Source: Octopus sinensis (taxonomy: Eukaryota). Taken from it: DNA of 64,000 nucleotides. The stretch lies in NCBI RefSeq assembly GCF_006345805.1, contig NC_043009.1:14260001-14324000 (forward strand), in the 5' to 3' direction. Under the pieces are notes generated by a model. It saw only the letters and a program-made list of their open reading frames with translations. It searched no databases and was not told the origin of the DNA. Below, one piece after another: positions 63,656 through 64,000 of this stretch; position 1 is the first letter of the stretch, and every line of letters starts with the position of its first letter. The position numbers were made by a program, and so were the translations under genes.

Positions 63656-64000
63656 TGATAATATATGTGTGCATGTTTGTGAGTATGTGCGAATGTCTAT
63701 GTCTGTCTGTAAATGTATTGGTTTGCGTTTCTCTATAGCAGGTAACTACGATCCATTAATTTGAATCCCTTCCCACATGAAGATAAAAAGCAAAGCGATA
63801 AACTTATATTGATAAAATTAGATTCAGGTTACGATAAGTGGTTGGCGCGTAATGATGTATCAAAATAATTGATGATAGTGGCGAAGATGGCCGTAGCAAG
63901 TGACTGAAAACAATACCTAGAAAGGCTATACTCGCTCTCAGACATACAGAAATACAACCCTCAACATACATATATATATATATGATCACGCGCACACACA

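Noticed and set aside
63800-63950. MSESEYSLSRYCFQSLATAIFATIINYF... as a signal-peptide exon of the receptor gene
   Set aside because: The only donor is weak (GTAACC) and in phase 2, incompatible with the phase-1 exon at 56590.

Overview
AT-rich, microsatellite-dense animal genomic DNA. The SINE and Penelope-type repeat vocabulary suggests an octopus or other coleoid, which is an inference. The window is mostly intron of one minus-strand gene for a divergent ionotropic glutamate receptor (iGluR)-like protein. Three amino-terminal-domain exons are well supported (56465-56590, 37063-37305, 26363-26541), one of them followed by a GC donor. Two further candidates lie at 9558-9599 and 8580-8768. 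No signal-peptide, ligand-binding or channel exon was found. The introns hold a nearly intact full-length CR1-group LINE (31277-35925). Its ORF1 combines a Myb/SANT-like domain, polyQ and two CCCH fingers. Its ORF2 lacks an upstream AUG and overlaps ORF1 at a U UUU UUA slippery site. Also present are five recognisable type I hammerhead ribozyme folds plus several decayed ones in Penelope-like terminal repeats, several long fold-back hairpins, two ORF1-only Tx1/L1-like elements, R4/Dong-type fragments in TAA repeats, Gypsy, mariner, Tc1, Tigger and hAT remnants, and three tRNA-derived SINE families. All alignments and folds were done by eye. Repeat boundaries are approximate to tens of bases unless a motif coordinate is given.
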